32,138 nt of DNA from Candidatus Rokubacteria bacterium RIFCSPLOWO2_02_FULL_72_37 (GCA_001790315.1 MGCE01000030.1:2585-34722), one strand, 5' to 3'. Positions 19,994-31,857 are shown, counted from the stretch's first letter. Program-made: numbers and translations. Notes: generated by a model not told the origin, from the sequence alone.

Positions 19994-21118
19994 TCAGCCT
20001 CCCTTCCGCGCCATCAGCTCGGTGAAGCGATGGAACAGGTGGTTCGCGTCGTGCGGCCCCGGCGAGGCCTCCGGGTGGTACTGCACGGAGAACGCGGGCC
20101 ACTCGCGGTGGCGCAGGCCCTCGCAGGTGCCGTCGTTCAGGTTGACGTGTGTCGGCTCCCAGCCGCGGGCGCCGACCGAGTCCGGATCGACGGCGAAGCC
20201 GTGGTTCTGCGCGGTGATCTCGACCTTGCCCGTCGCGAGATCCTTCACCGGGTGGTTGGCGCCGTGGTGGCCGAAGGGCAGCTTGTACGTGCGGCCGCCG
20301 CCGGCGAGGCCGAGGATCTGGTGGCCGAGGCAGATGCCGAAGATCGGGAGCCGTCCGAGCAGCTCGCGCACCGAGGCGATGAGGTACGGGACGCCCTCGG
20401 GGTCGCCCGGGCCGTTGGAGAGGAACAGGCCGTCGGGCCGCCGCTCGAGGATCTCGGCGGCGGAGGTGGCGGCCGGGACGACCGTGACCTCGCAGCCCGC
20501 CATCCGGAGCTGCCGCAGGATGTTGAGCTTGACGCCGCAGTCGTAGGCGACGACGCGGAGGTGGGGCGCGGGCGGCGGCACGTAGCCCCGTGCGAGCTCC
20601 CAGCTTCCCTCCTGCCAGGCGAACGGCGCCTCCGTCGTCACCTCCGCGACGAGATCGCGACCGACGAGGCCCGGCAGCGCGCGGGCACGCTCGAGCAGGC
20701 GCGCGGGATCGGCCTCGACGGAGGAGATGATGCCGTCCTGGGCGCCGTGATCCCGCAGATGACGCGTGAGCGCGCGCGTGTCGATGCCCTGGAGGCCCAC
20801 GATCCCGTGGGTCCTGAGGTAGTCGTGGAGGCTCGTCGAGGCCCGGAAGTTCGACGCGATCGGCGAGGCCTCCTTCACGATGAACCCGTTCACCCACGGG
20901 CGCCGCGACTCGACGTCCTCCAGGTTCACGCCGTAGTTGCCGATCAGCGGGTAGGTCATCATGACGATCTGGCCACGGTAGCTCGGGTCCGTCAGGATCT
21001 CCTGGTAGCCCGACATCGCCGTGTTGAAGATGACCTCGCCGGAGGCCTCGCCGAGCGCTCCGAGCGCCCCGCCACGAAACACGCGACCGTCGCGCAGGAC
21101 GAGGATGGCGGGCGTCAC
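19994..21118 (-). CDS. carA: Carbamoyl-phosphate synthase small subunit
   Basis: [36 protein letters not shown] and [13 protein letters not shown] 21118 overlaps the pyrC stop. Confidence 0.97.
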   Translation of the reverse strand: MTPAILVLRDGRVFRGGALGALGEASGEVIFNTAMSGYQEILTDPSYRGQIVMMTYPLIGNYGVNLEDVESRRPWVNGFIVKEASPIASNFRASTSLHDYLRTHGIVGLQGIDTRALTRHLRDHGAQDGIISSVEADPARLLERARALPGLVGRDLVAEVTTEAPFAWQEGSWELARGYVPPPAPHLRVVAYDCGVKLNILRQLRMAGCEVTVVPAATSAAEILERRPDGLFLSNGPGDPEGVPYLIASVRELLGRLPIFGICLGHQILGLAGGGRTYKLPFGHHGANHPVKDLATGKVEITAQNHGFAVDPDSVGARGWEPTHVNLNDGTCEGLRHREWPAFSVQYHPEASPGPHDANHLFHRFTELMARKGG

Positions 21119-22385
21119 GGCCGCACGACCCCGCCGGCGACGATGGTGAGCGCGGGCGCGCCGGTGAGCTGCCAGGAGGCGAACGGCGTGTTGCGACTCT
21201 TCGACCTGAAGCGCGCCGGCTCGATGGTGACTCGCCGATCCAGGTCGAGCACCGTCACGTCCGCCGGCGCGCCCGGAGCGAGGCTCCCGCCCGGCAGGCC
21301 GAACAGGCGCGCCGGATCGCGCGAGAGCCGCGCGACGAGCGTCGCCAGGGACAGGAGGCCGGGGCCGACGACCCGGTCGAGCAGCACGGACACGGCGGTC
21401 TCGAGGCCGACGACGCCGAACGCGGCCCGGTCGAACTCGCCTTCTTTCTCGGCGAGCGCGTGCGGCGCGTGGTCGGTCGCGATGCAATCGATGGTGCCGT
21501 CGGCGAGCGCCTCGAGGAGCGCCTCCGTGTCGCGCTTGGTCCGGAGCGGTGGCGCCATCTTCGTGTTCGGATCGTACGTCCGGACAGCCTCTTCGGTGAG
21601 GACCAGATGGTGTGGCGTCACCTCGGCGGTCACCCGCACGCCTCGCGATTTCCCTTCGCGGACGAGCCGGACCGCGCCCGCCGTCGAGAGGTGGGCGATG
21701 TGCACGTGCGCCCCTGTCAGCTCCGCGAGGAGGATGTCGCGCGCGACCATCACGTCCTCGGCCGCCGCCGGCGCGCCCGGCAGGCCGACCTCCGTGGAGA
21801 CGACGCCCTCGTTCATCGCCCACCCGTGACAGAGCGTCGTGTCCTCCGCGTGGCTGACGACCGGCACGCCGAAGGGCAGCGTGTACTCGAGCGCGCGCCG
21901 GTAGAGGCCGGCGTTCATCACGCACCGGCCGTCGTCGGAGAAGGCCACGCAGCCGGCCTCGGCGAGCTCCGCCAGCTCGGCGAGCTCCTCGCCCTTGAGG
22001 CCGCGGGTCACCGCGCCGATCGGGTAGACGCGCACGACGCCCTCGACCTTCGCCTTGGCCAGGATGTAATCCGTGACGGCGCCGTTGTCGTTGACGGGAT
22101 GCGTGTTCGCCATGCACGCCACGGCCGTGAAGCCGCCGGCCGCCGCGGCGCGCGTTCCCGTCGCGACCGTCTCCTTGTACTCGTAGCCCGGCTCGCGCAG
22201 GTGGACGTGCACGTCGATGAAGCCCGGGCAGACCACCTTCCCCGTCACGTCGAGGACCTCGGTGCCAGCCGGCGCCTCGAGCCTTCTTCCGACGCGCTCC
22301 ACCCGCCCCTCGACGAGCAGGACGTCCTGCACGGCGTCGAGGCCGTTGGCGGGATCGACGACGCGGCCGTTCTGGAGCAGCAGAC

Positions 22386-22389
<4 letters not shown>
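21115..22389 (-). CDS. pyrC: Dihydroorotase (type I)
   Basis: [32 protein letters not shown] and [11 protein letters not shown] 22389. Confidence 0.96.
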
Positions 22390-23950
<1,561 letters not shown>

Positions 23951-23952
23951 TC

Positions 23953-23982
23953 ACTCTACCTGCGCGTTCCCGCCGCTGTCAA
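23953..23982 (-). promoter_or_regulatory. Sigma70-type promoter of the pyr operon
   Basis: TTGACA (23982-23977, containing the xth stop), 18 nt, TAGAGT (23958-23953). Confidence 0.7.
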
Positions 23983-24752
23983 CCGCCGGCGAGCGTCGCG
24001 ACGACGGGCACGTGGTCGGATGGCTTCTCACCCTTGCGCTCCTCACGGTCGATCTCGACCGCGGTGCAGGCGCTCGCCACGGACGCCGACACGAGGATGT
24101 GATCGATCCGGAGCCCCCAGCCCCGGTGGAACGCCCCGGCCCGGTAGTCCCACCACGTGAACAGCTCGCCCGCCTCGCGGTGCAGGCGGAGCGCGTCGCT
24201 GAGCCCCCAGGCGAGGAGGTCCCGGAACGCCGCACGCTCCGGCTCGCTGCACATGATCTTCCCCCGCCACTGCTCGGGGTCCCACACGTCCCGGTCCTCG
24301 GGCGCGACGTTGAGGTCGCCGCAGACGACGACGTCGCGCCCGGCGTCGGCGCCGGCGTCGAGAAAGGCGCGGAGGCGCCGGTACCAGTCGAGCTTGTAGA
24401 CGTACTTCTCCGAGCCCACCTCCTGGCCATTCGGGCCGTAGACGTTGACGACGCGGAGGCCGGCGACGTCGGCCACCAGGAACCGGCGCTGGGCGTCGTC
24501 GGCGTCGCCCGGGAGCGCGCGCGCGACCTCGGTCGGCTCCGCGCGCGAGAGTATCGCGACGCCGTTGTAGGTGCGCTGCCCGGCGACGAGCGACCGGTAC
24601 CCACACGCCTCGAGCTCGGCGCGCGGGAACTCCTCATCGGTCACCTTGACCTCCTGCAGGCACACGATGTCGGGCCGGCGGCGCTCGAGCCAGGCCAGGA
24701 GGCGTGGCAGGCGGATTCGGATCGAGTTGACGTTCCAGGTCGCGAGCTTCAC
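23979..24752 (-). CDS. xth: Exodeoxyribonuclease III / AP endonuclease
   Basis: MKLATWNVNSIR, CLQE, YNGVAIL, GDLNVA, FTWWDYR, GLRIDH and PSDHVP. GTG 24752. Confidence 0.96.
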   Translation of the reverse strand: MKLATWNVNSIRIRLPRLLAWLERRRPDIVCLQEVKVTDEEFPRAELEACGYRSLVAGQRTYNGVAILSRAEPTEVARALPGDADDAQRRFLVADVAGLRVVNVYGPNGQEVGSEKYVYKLDWYRRLRAFLDAGADAGRDVVVCGDLNVAPEDRDVWDPEQWRGKIMCSEPERAAFRDLLAWGLSDALRLHREAGELFTWWDYRAGAFHRGWGLRIDHILVSASVASACTAVEIDREERKGEKPSDHVPVVATLAGG

Positions 24753-25687
24753 GGCGCGTCCCGTACGATCGCGGTGCCCGCGCGCCCGGCGACGGCCTCG
24801 GCGACGCGGTCGAGCGAGGTGATGACCGCGCGGCCACCGGCCTCGACGAACTCGGCCGCCGCCTCGACCTTCGGCCCCATGCTGCCCGGCGGGAACTCGC
24901 CCGCGGCGAGCAGCTGTTGCGCCTCGCGGATCGTGAGCCGGCTGAGGAAGCGCTGCCGCGGCGTGCCCCAGCCGACGGCCACGCGCTCGACGCCGGTGAG
25001 GAACAGCACGGCGTCGGCGCCGAGTGCCTGCGCGAGCACGACGCTCGCGAAGTCCTTCTCGATCACGGCCTCGACGCCACGGAGCCCGCCGGGCGTCTCG
25101 ACCACGGGAATGCCGCCGCCGCCCACGGCGACGGGGATCGCGCCGGCGTCCACGAGCGCCCGGACCAGCGGCGCCTCGACGACCCGGACGGGACGCGGCG
25201 AGGGGACGACGCGCCGCCAGCCGCGCCCCGCGTCCTCGACGACCTGCCAGCCGCTCTCCTTCGCGAGCCGCGCGGCCTGCGCCTCTCGATAGAACGTCCC
25301 GATCGGCTTGGTCGGTCGCGCGAAGGCCGGGTCGGCGGGGTCCACGACCACCTGGCAGACGAGAGCCGCGACGCGGTCGGGAAGCCCGCGCCGGCGCAGC
25401 AGGTTGCCGAGCACCTGCTGGATCGCGAAGCCCATGCTGCCCTGCGTCTCGGCGACGCAGAGATCCAGCGTGAGGGCGGGGATCACGAGCTTGGCGATCT
25501 CCATGCGGAGCAACTCCTCGCCGACCTGCGGGCCGTTGCCGTGCGTCAGCACGAGGCGGTGGCCCGCCGCGACCAGGTCGAGGAGCGGCGGGAGCGAGCG
25601 GGTGAGCGCGTCGAACCATTCGGTGGCCGACCCGCCGTCGTCGGTCCGGAGGGCGTTCCCGCCGATGGCGACGACGAGCCGGGTCAT
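24749..25687 (-). CDS. arcC: Carbamate kinase (ArcC/YahI/YbcF family)
   Basis: VAIGGNAL, THGNGPQVG, PTKPIG, GWRRVVPSP, GGGGIPV and GSMGPK. ATG 25687. Confidence 0.95.
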   Translation of the reverse strand: MTRLVVAIGGNALRTDDGGSATEWFDALTRSLPPLLDLVAAGHRLVLTHGNGPQVGEELLRMEIAKLVIPALTLDLCVAETQGSMGFAIQQVLGNLLRRRGLPDRVAALVCQVVVDPADPAFARPTKPIGTFYREAQAARLAKESGWQVVEDAGRGWRRVVPSPRPVRVVEAPLVRALVDAGAIPVAVGGGGIPVVETPGGLRGVEAVIEKDFASVVLAQALGADAVLFLTGVERVAVGWGTPRQRFLSRLTIREAQQLLAAGEFPPGSMGPKVEAAAEFVEAGGRAVITSLDRVAEAVAGRAGTAIVRDAP

Positions 25688-25818
25688 GGGAGCGGGGTCC
25701 GCGCGGCCGGCTCGCGCCGTGGGTGGCCTGCTGCAGGCACGCGTGGCTTTGATTGGAGCGGGGTCCGCGCGGCCGGCTCGCGCCGTGGGTGGCCTGCTGC
25801 AGGCACGCGTGGTTTCAT
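25684..25818 (-). CDS. Possible 44-aa repeat-encoded peptide coupled at both ends
   Basis: MKPRVPAAGHPRREPAARTPLQSKPRVPAAGHPRREPAARTPLP*. ATGA overlap with the upstream stop and ATGA overlap with the carbamate kinase start. Translation is unproven. Confidence 0.35.
   Translation of the reverse strand: MKPRVPAAGHPRREPAARTPLQSKPRVPAAGHPRREPAARTPLP
25689..25812. repeat. Two identical 58-bp direct repeats (period 66 bp), REP-like
   Basis: GGAGCGGGGTCCGCGCGGCCGGCTCGCGCCGTGGGTGGCCTGCTGCAGGCACGCGTGG at 25689-25746 and 25755-25812, separated by CTTTGATT; contains short internal palindromes. Confidence 0.95.
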
Positions 25819-27218
25819 CCGGCGAGCGCCGCGAGCGCCAGCTCGAAGCAGGCGAGCGGCGCGCGGGCGACGCCGGCGCCGATCTGGCCGGTCCCGGCCT
25901 GCCGCCCGGCGATGCCCGTGTTGATGAGCGGCGTGATTCCGGTCTCGACGACGCGCCGCACGTCGATGCCCGCGGGCACCCCACGCTCGTCCTGCGCGGG
26001 GATCGAGAAGTACGGGTGCTCGCCGTGACAGATGTCGCGGATCTCCTCGGTCGCGGCCAGCGCGTCCGCCATCCCGCCGGCGCCGACGAAGCGGGCGACC
26101 GCGGGGGACGCCGCCATCGCGCCGCCGCCGAGGCCGACCGTCTCGACGATCGCGCTGTCGCCCATGTCCGGGTTTGCGTCGCCGGCGCCGTAGCCCGGGA
26201 AGTAGAGCCCGGTGGGCATTTCGACGGGCGCCGTGAACCACCGGTCGCCCGTCGCGGAGACCCGGATGCCGAAGTCCGTGCCGTTGCGCGCCATCGCGGT
26301 GACGAGCGTCGCCTCCGGGATGCCGGCCGCCGGGTCGGCGAGCGCCTTGCCTGCCGCCATCGCGACGTTCAGGAAGAACTGATCGTTGCCGGCCATGAAC
26401 TCGGCGAGCCGCGCGACCGCGTTGTGGCGCTGGCCCGCGCGCGCCACGTGCGGCATCAGCGCGCGCACTAGGAGCGAGGAGGCGGCGACGTTCCGCTGGT
26501 GCAGCTCGTCGCCCATCCGCAGTGCCTGGGCGATGAGCGGGCGCAGCTCGATCCCGCGCGCCGCCCTGAGCGCGGCGCCGAGTAGCGGCCCGGCCTCGCT
26601 GGCGAGCCAGCGCAGGCGCGCGAGCACGGAGTCGTCGGTCGCGCCGAAGCGGAGCACCTTGCCGAGGCCTTCGTTGATCGTCGCGTGGGCGCGGGTGCCG
26701 TGCGCGCGGTTCTCGACCACGAGGACCGGCATCGACGCGGTGACGATCCCCGTCATCGGGCCGACCGCTCGCCAGTCGTGGCAGGGCGCCAGGCGCGCCG
26801 CGCCGCGCCGCACGAGGTCCTCCGCGGCGTCGTCGTTGGCCGCCCAGCCCTCGTAGCGGATCGCGCAGCGGACGGCCGCGCGCATCGGCTCGCACATCCG
26901 CTCCCAGGCGAGCGGCGGCCCCGCGTGGAGCACCGTGCGCTCGGGCAGCTCGAGCGCCTCGCGGGCGGGGCGGCAGTCGACCAGCGCGGGCTCGCCGCCG
27001 GTGAGCCGATCGAACGCGACGGCGTTCGCGCGCTCGACGGCCTCGCGCCGAGCGTCCAGGCGCGCGAGCAGGGCGAGGGCGTGGGCGCTGGCAGCCGGCG
27101 GCCGCCAGGCGACGTGGACGACCGGCACGCGCAGGGCGGCGAGCGTCTCGGCGAACAGCTCGAGGCCCACGTTGACGACGCGCGGCGGCGCGGCCAGCAA
27201 CGGGTGCTCCGGCGTCAT
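25815..27218 (-). CDS. DUF1116 protein, YahG/YlbE(AllG) family
   Basis: VLHAGPP, VGPMTG, INEGLGKVLRFGA, MGDELHQRN, RNGTDFGI, PDMGDSAI and INTGIA...GQIGAG. The N-terminal VVNVGL..F...W.PPA module is as in YahG. Confidence 0.92.
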   Translation of the reverse strand: MTPEHPLLAAPPRVVNVGLELFAETLAALRVPVVHVAWRPPAASAHALALLARLDARREAVERANAVAFDRLTGGEPALVDCRPAREALELPERTVLHAGPPLAWERMCEPMRAAVRCAIRYEGWAANDDAAEDLVRRGAARLAPCHDWRAVGPMTGIVTASMPVLVVENRAHGTRAHATINEGLGKVLRFGATDDSVLARLRWLASEAGPLLGAALRAARGIELRPLIAQALRMGDELHQRNVAASSLLVRALMPHVARAGQRHNAVARLAEFMAGNDQFFLNVAMAAGKALADPAAGIPEATLVTAMARNGTDFGIRVSATGDRWFTAPVEMPTGLYFPGYGAGDANPDMGDSAIVETVGLGGGAMAASPAVARFVGAGGMADALAATEEIRDICHGEHPYFSIPAQDERGVPAGIDVRRVVETGITPLINTGIAGRQAGTGQIGAGVARAPLACFELALAALAG

Positions 27219-27236
27219 GTGCCCTCCCGTGAGAAG

Positions 27237-27266
27237 TTGACATTACCACGCCCGCCCCGGCACCAT
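27237..27266. promoter_or_regulatory. Overlapping divergent promoter candidates between the DUF1116 gene and the hybrid kinase
   Basis: Plus strand TTGACA (27237-27242), 18 nt, CACCAT. Minus strand extended -10 TGGTAATGT (27248-27240), followed by a GGGAGGG SD before ATG 27218. Confidence 0.45.
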
Positions 27267-27361
27267 GAGATGGAGGTCTGACCGAGGCGCGTGAACGAGC
27301 GAATCGTCGATCCCACCAGGCTCGGCGTGCAGAAAGAGAGCACCGATAGTGCGGTGAGCCG

Positions 27362-30277
27362 GTGAGGCTGCGTACTCAGCTGTCGGCGCTCGTCGTCTCG
27401 GCCCTCGTCCCGGTCGTGCTCTTCGCGGGGCTTCTGGCGCTGCTCTACAGCCGCGACCGGCAGACCGAGGTCAACCGGGACCTCTCTTCGACCGCCCGAA
27501 GCCTCTCGCGCGCCCTGGACCGCGAGTTCGAGGCTCACATCCGGGCGCTCGAGGTGCTGGCGACGTCCCATCACCTGGACGTCGGCGACCTCCGCGGGTT
27601 CCGCCTGGAAGCCGACCGCGCCATCGCGATGTCGCCCGCCTGGGAGGCGATCGTGCTCGTCGATCCCGGCGGCCAGCAGTTCGTGAACACCCGGGTCGCG
27701 CCGGGAACGCCGCTGCCGCGGACGGGGCTGGCCGCGCTGGTCGCGCGGACGATCGCCACCCGGCGGCCCGGCGTCTCCGATCTGTTCGTCGGCCCCGTGG
27801 CGAAGCGTCCGGTGATCGCGCTCGCCGTTCCCGTCGTGCGCGACGGCGCGGTCAGGTTCGTGCTGACGTCGAGCACCTCGCCCGAGCGCGTGCGGGCGCT
27901 CCTGGCCGACCAGCGCATTCCGGCGGACTTCGTCGCGACCATCGTGGACGGCGGGGCCGTGATCGTCGCGCGTAGCCTGGCGCCCGAGCAGTTCGTCGGC
28001 GGGCGGGTGAGCGGGCCGCTCGCCGCACGGCTCGCAGGATCCGACGAGACCCTCTGGGATGGCAGGACGCTCGAGGGCGAAGATGTGCGCGCGGCGGTGC
28101 GCCGGTCGAGCGTGTCCGGCTGGGCGGTGGTCGTCACGGTGCCGTCCGCGGTCGTGCAGGCGCCGGTGTACCGGGCGCTGGGATACCTCTCGCTGGCCGG
28201 GCTCGTGGTGGTTCTCGGGGGACTCGGCCTGGCGATCGTCGTCGGGCGCCGGATCGCCGCCCCGATCACCGCGCTCGCCGACGCCGCCGGGGCGCTCGGC
28301 CGCGGCGAACCCGTCCAGCGGCCGCCGTCGTCGATCGTGGAGGTGGAGCGAGTGGCGCGTGCGCTCGAGGCCGCCAGCGCGGAGCGGGGCCGCGCCGAGG
28401 CATCACTCAGGGCGAACGAGCGTTTCTACCGCTCGCTCCTCGAGAACGCGCTCGACATGGTCACGGTCGTCGACGCGCAGGGCGTGGTCGTCTACGAGAG
28501 CGCGGCGATCACGCGCGTGCTCGGCTGGACCCCGGCCGAGCGCGTCGGCCGGCCGCACGGCGAGCTGGTGCACCCCGACGACGTGGCCGTGGCCGCCGAC
28601 GGCATCGCACGGGGATTCCGGGCGGCGGGAGTGGCGCAGACGTTCCGGTTCCGGGCGCGTCACAGGGATGGGACCTGGCGCGACATGCACTCGGTCGGCC
28701 AGGTCTTCGTGGACGAGGCGGGCGTCGTCATCGGCGTCGTCAACTCGCGCGACGTGACCGGGCAGCGGCGCGCGGAGGAGGAGCTGGCGCTGCAGTCGCG
28801 CGCGCTCGACGCCGCCGCCAACGGGATCGTCATCACGGACCGCGACGGGCGGGTCGTCTGGGTCAACGAGGCGTTCACGCGGATGACGGGCTACCCGGCG
28901 GCGGAGGTCGTCGGGCAGACGCCGCGGCTCCTGAAGTCGGGCCGGCACGAGCACGCCTTCTACACCCGGCTGTGGGAAACCGTGGTCTCCGGTGTCCCGT
29001 GGCGCGGCGAGCTGGTCAACCGGCGGCGGGACGGGTCGCTCTACACCGAGGAGCAGGTGATCACGCCGGTGCGCGCCGCCGGCGGGCAGATCACGCACTT
29101 CATCGCGGTCAAGCAGGATGTCACCGACCGGAAGCGGGTCGACGAGGAGCTGCGGCAGCAGCGGGAGGTCCTCTACCAGAGCGAGAAGCTCGCGGGGATG
29201 GGTCAGCTCCTCGCGGGCGTCGCCCACGAGCTGAACAACCCGCTCACCGTCGTGATCGGGCGGGCGACGATGCTCGGGCGCGCGCTCGCGGGTGGTCCTC
29301 TCGAGCCCTCCGTGAGGAAGCTGGCCGAGGCCGCCGAGCGTTGCTCGCGGATCGTGAAGAACTTCGTCGCGCTCGCGCGCCAGCGGCCGCCGACACGCCA
29401 GAAGGTGGCGCTGAACCAGGTCGTCCGCGAGGCCCTCGAGCTGGTCGCCTACCCGCTGCGCGTGGACGACGTCGAGGTGACACTCGACCTGGCGCCCGAC
29501 CTCGCGCCGATCTGGGGCGACGCGCACCAGCTCCACCAGGTGGTCGTCAACCTCCTGACCAACGCCCACCAGGCGGTGCGCGAGACGCTGCCCCCGCGCC
29601 GCGTCGCCCTGACGACGCGCGCCGACGCCGCGCGCGGCCGGCTCCGGCTCGAGGTGAGCGACACGGGGCGCGGCATCCCGCCGGAGATCCGTCCGCGCGT
29701 CTTCGAACCGTTCTTCACGACGAAGCCGGTGGGGCAAGGCACCGGGCTCGGCCTCTCGATCTGCCAGGGGATCGTGGAGGGCCACGGCGGGACCATCGGC
29801 GTCGCCGACGGGACGCCGGGCGCGACGTTCGTCGTCGAGCTGCCGGCGGGCGAGGGAGCGGAGGCCCGTGCGGAGCCCGAGACGGTGGAGCTGGCGCCGC
29901 CGGCCCGGCGCGGAATCGTCCTGGTCGTGGACGACGAGGCGGAGGTGGGCGGTCTCCTCGCCGAGCTGATCGCCGCCGATGGCCACGAGGTCGACACGGC
30001 GAGCGACGGGCTCGACGCGCTCGACAAGCTCGGTCGCCGCGCCTACGACCTGGTGCTGAGCGACGTGAAGATGCCGAACCTGGACGGCCGCGGTCTCTAC
30101 CGCGAAGTCGAGCGCCGGTTCCCGCATCTCGCCGCGCGGATGGTCTTCCTCACCGGCGACGCCCTGGGCGCGGAGGTGTCCGCTTTCATCGAGACGACGG
30201 GCCGGCTGAACCTCGGCAAGCCGTTCGATCCCGACAAGGTGCGTCGGCTCGTGAATCGGATGCTGGCGACCCTCTGA
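27362..30277 (+). CDS. Membrane hybrid histidine kinase: TM - Cache-like - TM - HAMP - 2 PAS - HisKA - HATPase - REC
   Basis: Two TM helices, PAS/PAC motifs (VHPDD, RHRDG, NRRRDG), QSEKLA...AHELNNPL, FEPFFTTK..GQGTGLGL and a C-terminal REC (VVDDE, SDVKMP, KPF). Confidence 0.93.
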   Translation: MRLRTQLSALVVSALVPVVLFAGLLALLYSRDRQTEVNRDLSSTARSLSRALDREFEAHIRALEVLATSHHLDVGDLRGFRLEADRAIAMSPAWEAIVLVDPGGQQFVNTRVAPGTPLPRTGLAALVARTIATRRPGVSDLFVGPVAKRPVIALAVPVVRDGAVRFVLTSSTSPERVRALLADQRIPADFVATIVDGGAVIVARSLAPEQFVGGRVSGPLAARLAGSDETLWDGRTLEGEDVRAAVRRSSVSGWAVVVTVPSAVVQAPVYRALGYLSLAGLVVVLGGLGLAIVVGRRIAAPITALADAAGALGRGEPVQRPPSSIVEVERVARALEAASAERGRAEASLRANERFYRSLLENALDMVTVVDAQGVVVYESAAITRVLGWTPAERVGRPHGELVHPDDVAVAADGIARGFRAAGVAQTFRFRARHRDGTWRDMHSVGQVFVDEAGVVIGVVNSRDVTGQRRAEEELALQSRALDAAANGIVITDRDGRVVWVNEAFTRMTGYPAAEVVGQTPRLLKSGRHEHAFYTRLWETVVSGVPWRGELVNRRRDGSLYTEEQVITPVRAAGGQITHFIAVKQDVTDRKRVDEELRQQREVLYQSEKLAGMGQLLAGVAHELNNPLTVVIGRATMLGRALAGGPLEPSVRKLAEAAERCSRIVKNFVALARQRPPTRQKVALNQVVREALELVAYPLRVDDVEVTLDLAPDLAPIWGDAHQLHQVVVNLLTNAHQAVRETLPPRRVALTTRADAARGRLRLEVSDTGRGIPPEIRPRVFEPFFTTKPVGQGTGLGLSICQGIVEGHGGTIGVADGTPGATFVVELPAGEGAEARAEPETVELAPPARRGIVLVVDDEAEVGGLLAELIAADGHEVDTASDGLDALDKLGRRAYDLVLSDVKMPNLDGRGLYREVERRFPHLAARMVFLTGDALGAEVSAFIETTGRLNLGKPFDPDKVRRLVNRMLATL

Positions 30278-30302
30278 GACGCGCGCGGGGGTGGTGGCGG
30301 CG

Positions 30303-31856
30303 TCAGGCGCGCCGGGCCGCGATGAGCGCCGCGAGCCGGGCCGCCTGGGCGTTCGACGGCATCACGCGCACCCCCGCGGTCTCGAGCGCCGCGACCTGCG
30401 CCGAGCGCCGCTGGGGGTCCGTCTCGGTGCCGCAGACGGAGGCGACGACGGCGAGCCCCCGTCCCTCCGCCTCCGCCCGGCGCTGGGCCGCGCGGATCGC
30501 GGAGAGCACCTCACCGGCGGGATCAGGTGATGCGCCGAAGCCGAGGACCACGTCGAGCAGCAGAACCGCCGTGGCCGGGTCGTCGGTCTCGCGGGCGATC
30601 CGCTCGCGCCGGACGGAGCCATCGATCATCGGGTGCGGGTGGCCCCGCGTGAACGCGTCGCCGCCGAGGTCCACGACCCGGTGGCCGTTCCCGTCACCGT
30701 CCACTCCCGGCGCCACGTCGGCGAGCCGCGCGGCCAGGAGCTCCCGCGCCTCCCACGCCAGCGTGCCCCCCGCGTAGACGCCGCGCACCCAGCGTTGCCC
30801 GGTGCGGAGCGCGTGTGCCGCGGCCTCGACCCGCGCCGCGATCTCGCCCGGCGGCGCGCTGAACTCGACCGGCGCCGGCGTCAGGCCCCGCGCGAGCGCC
30901 ACGGCCGCGAGGGCGGCATCTTCGAGGGTTGACGCGACATGCGGAGCCCCGGGCATCTGCCTCGCGCCCCCCACGGCCCAATCCGCCCCCGCGGTCCCCG
31001 CTACGAGGTGCAGCACCGTTGGCTTGCCGAGCGCCGCGACGCGGGACCGGAGCTTCGGGAGCGTGGCCGGACCGGGGGGCTTGCCGACGACGACGACGAC
31101 CGCGGTCGCCGGGTCGGCGGCGAGGGCGTCGAGCGCCTGCTCCAGCATGAGGCCGCCGACCTCGTCAGCGAGGTCGTGCCCGCCCACCCCGATCGCGTGG
31201 GAGATCCCCTCGCCGGCGGCCGCGACGAGGCACGTGACCTCCTGCAGGCCCGTGCCCGACGCCGCCGCGACGCCGATCCGGCCGCGCGGCACCGCGTTCG
31301 CGAAGCCGAGCGGGACCCCGGCGAGGATCGCCGTGCCGCAGTCGGGCCCCATGAGGAAGAGGCCGCGCTCTCGCGCGAGCCGCTTGAGGGCGATTTCGTC
31401 CGCGAGGGCGACGTTGTCGCTGAACAGCATCACGTGCAGCCCGGCCTCGAGCGCCCGGCGCGCCTCCGTGGCCGCGTGGGCGCCGGGCACCGAGACGAGC
31501 GCCAGCGTCGCGTCCGGCAGCGCGCGGAGCGCCGCCGCGAGCGTGCGCGGCCGGGCCGCGGCGCCCACGCCGGCCGGGCCGCGGCGCGCCGCGAGCGCCG
31601 CCTCGCAGGCCGCGCGGGCGGCCTCGCCGGCCGCGATGGACTCGGCGCTGACGGCGATGACCAGGTCCGTCGCGCCCGCCGCCTCGCCCTCCGCGGCGAG
31701 CAGGCCGGCGTCCCGCAGCAGCGCGCGGTTCTCGGGCGTGCCCATCATGGCCGCGGCGCGGCTCACGCCGGGGACCGCCTCCATGTCCCGCGCGAGGCGC
31801 ATGAGCGTGACGGAGTCCTGGTAGAAGCCCTTCCGGACGAAGTTCCAGGCCGGCAC
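30303..31856 (-). CDS. fdrA: FdrA/YahF (AllF)-family acyl-CoA-synthetase-like protein
   Basis: YQDSVTLM, MMGTPEN, VMLFSDNV, MGPDCGT, ASGTGLQE, GGTL and HPMID; 517 aa (YahF-type length). Confidence 0.92.
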   Translation of the reverse strand: MPAWNFVRKGFYQDSVTLMRLARDMEAVPGVSRAAAMMGTPENRALLRDAGLLAAEGEAAGATDLVIAVSAESIAAGEAARAACEAALAARRGPAGVGAAARPRTLAAALRALPDATLALVSVPGAHAATEARRALEAGLHVMLFSDNVALADEIALKRLARERGLFLMGPDCGTAILAGVPLGFANAVPRGRIGVAAASGTGLQEVTCLVAAAGEGISHAIGVGGHDLADEVGGLMLEQALDALAADPATAVVVVVGKPPGPATLPKLRSRVAALGKPTVLHLVAGTAGADWAVGGARQMPGAPHVASTLEDAALAAVALARGLTPAPVEFSAPPGEIAARVEAAAHALRTGQRWVRGVYAGGTLAWEARELLAARLADVAPGVDGDGNGHRVVDLGGDAFTRGHPHPMIDGSVRRERIARETDDPATAVLLLDVVLGFGASPDPAGEVLSAIRAAQRRAEAEGRGLAVVASVCGTETDPQRRSAQVAALETAGVRVMPSNAQAARLAALIAARRA

Positions 31857-31857
31857 G

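Noticed and set aside
25689-25812. Possible CRISPR array
   Set aside because: Only two 58-bp copies with an 8-bp gap, no spacer-sized unique sequence and no cas genes.
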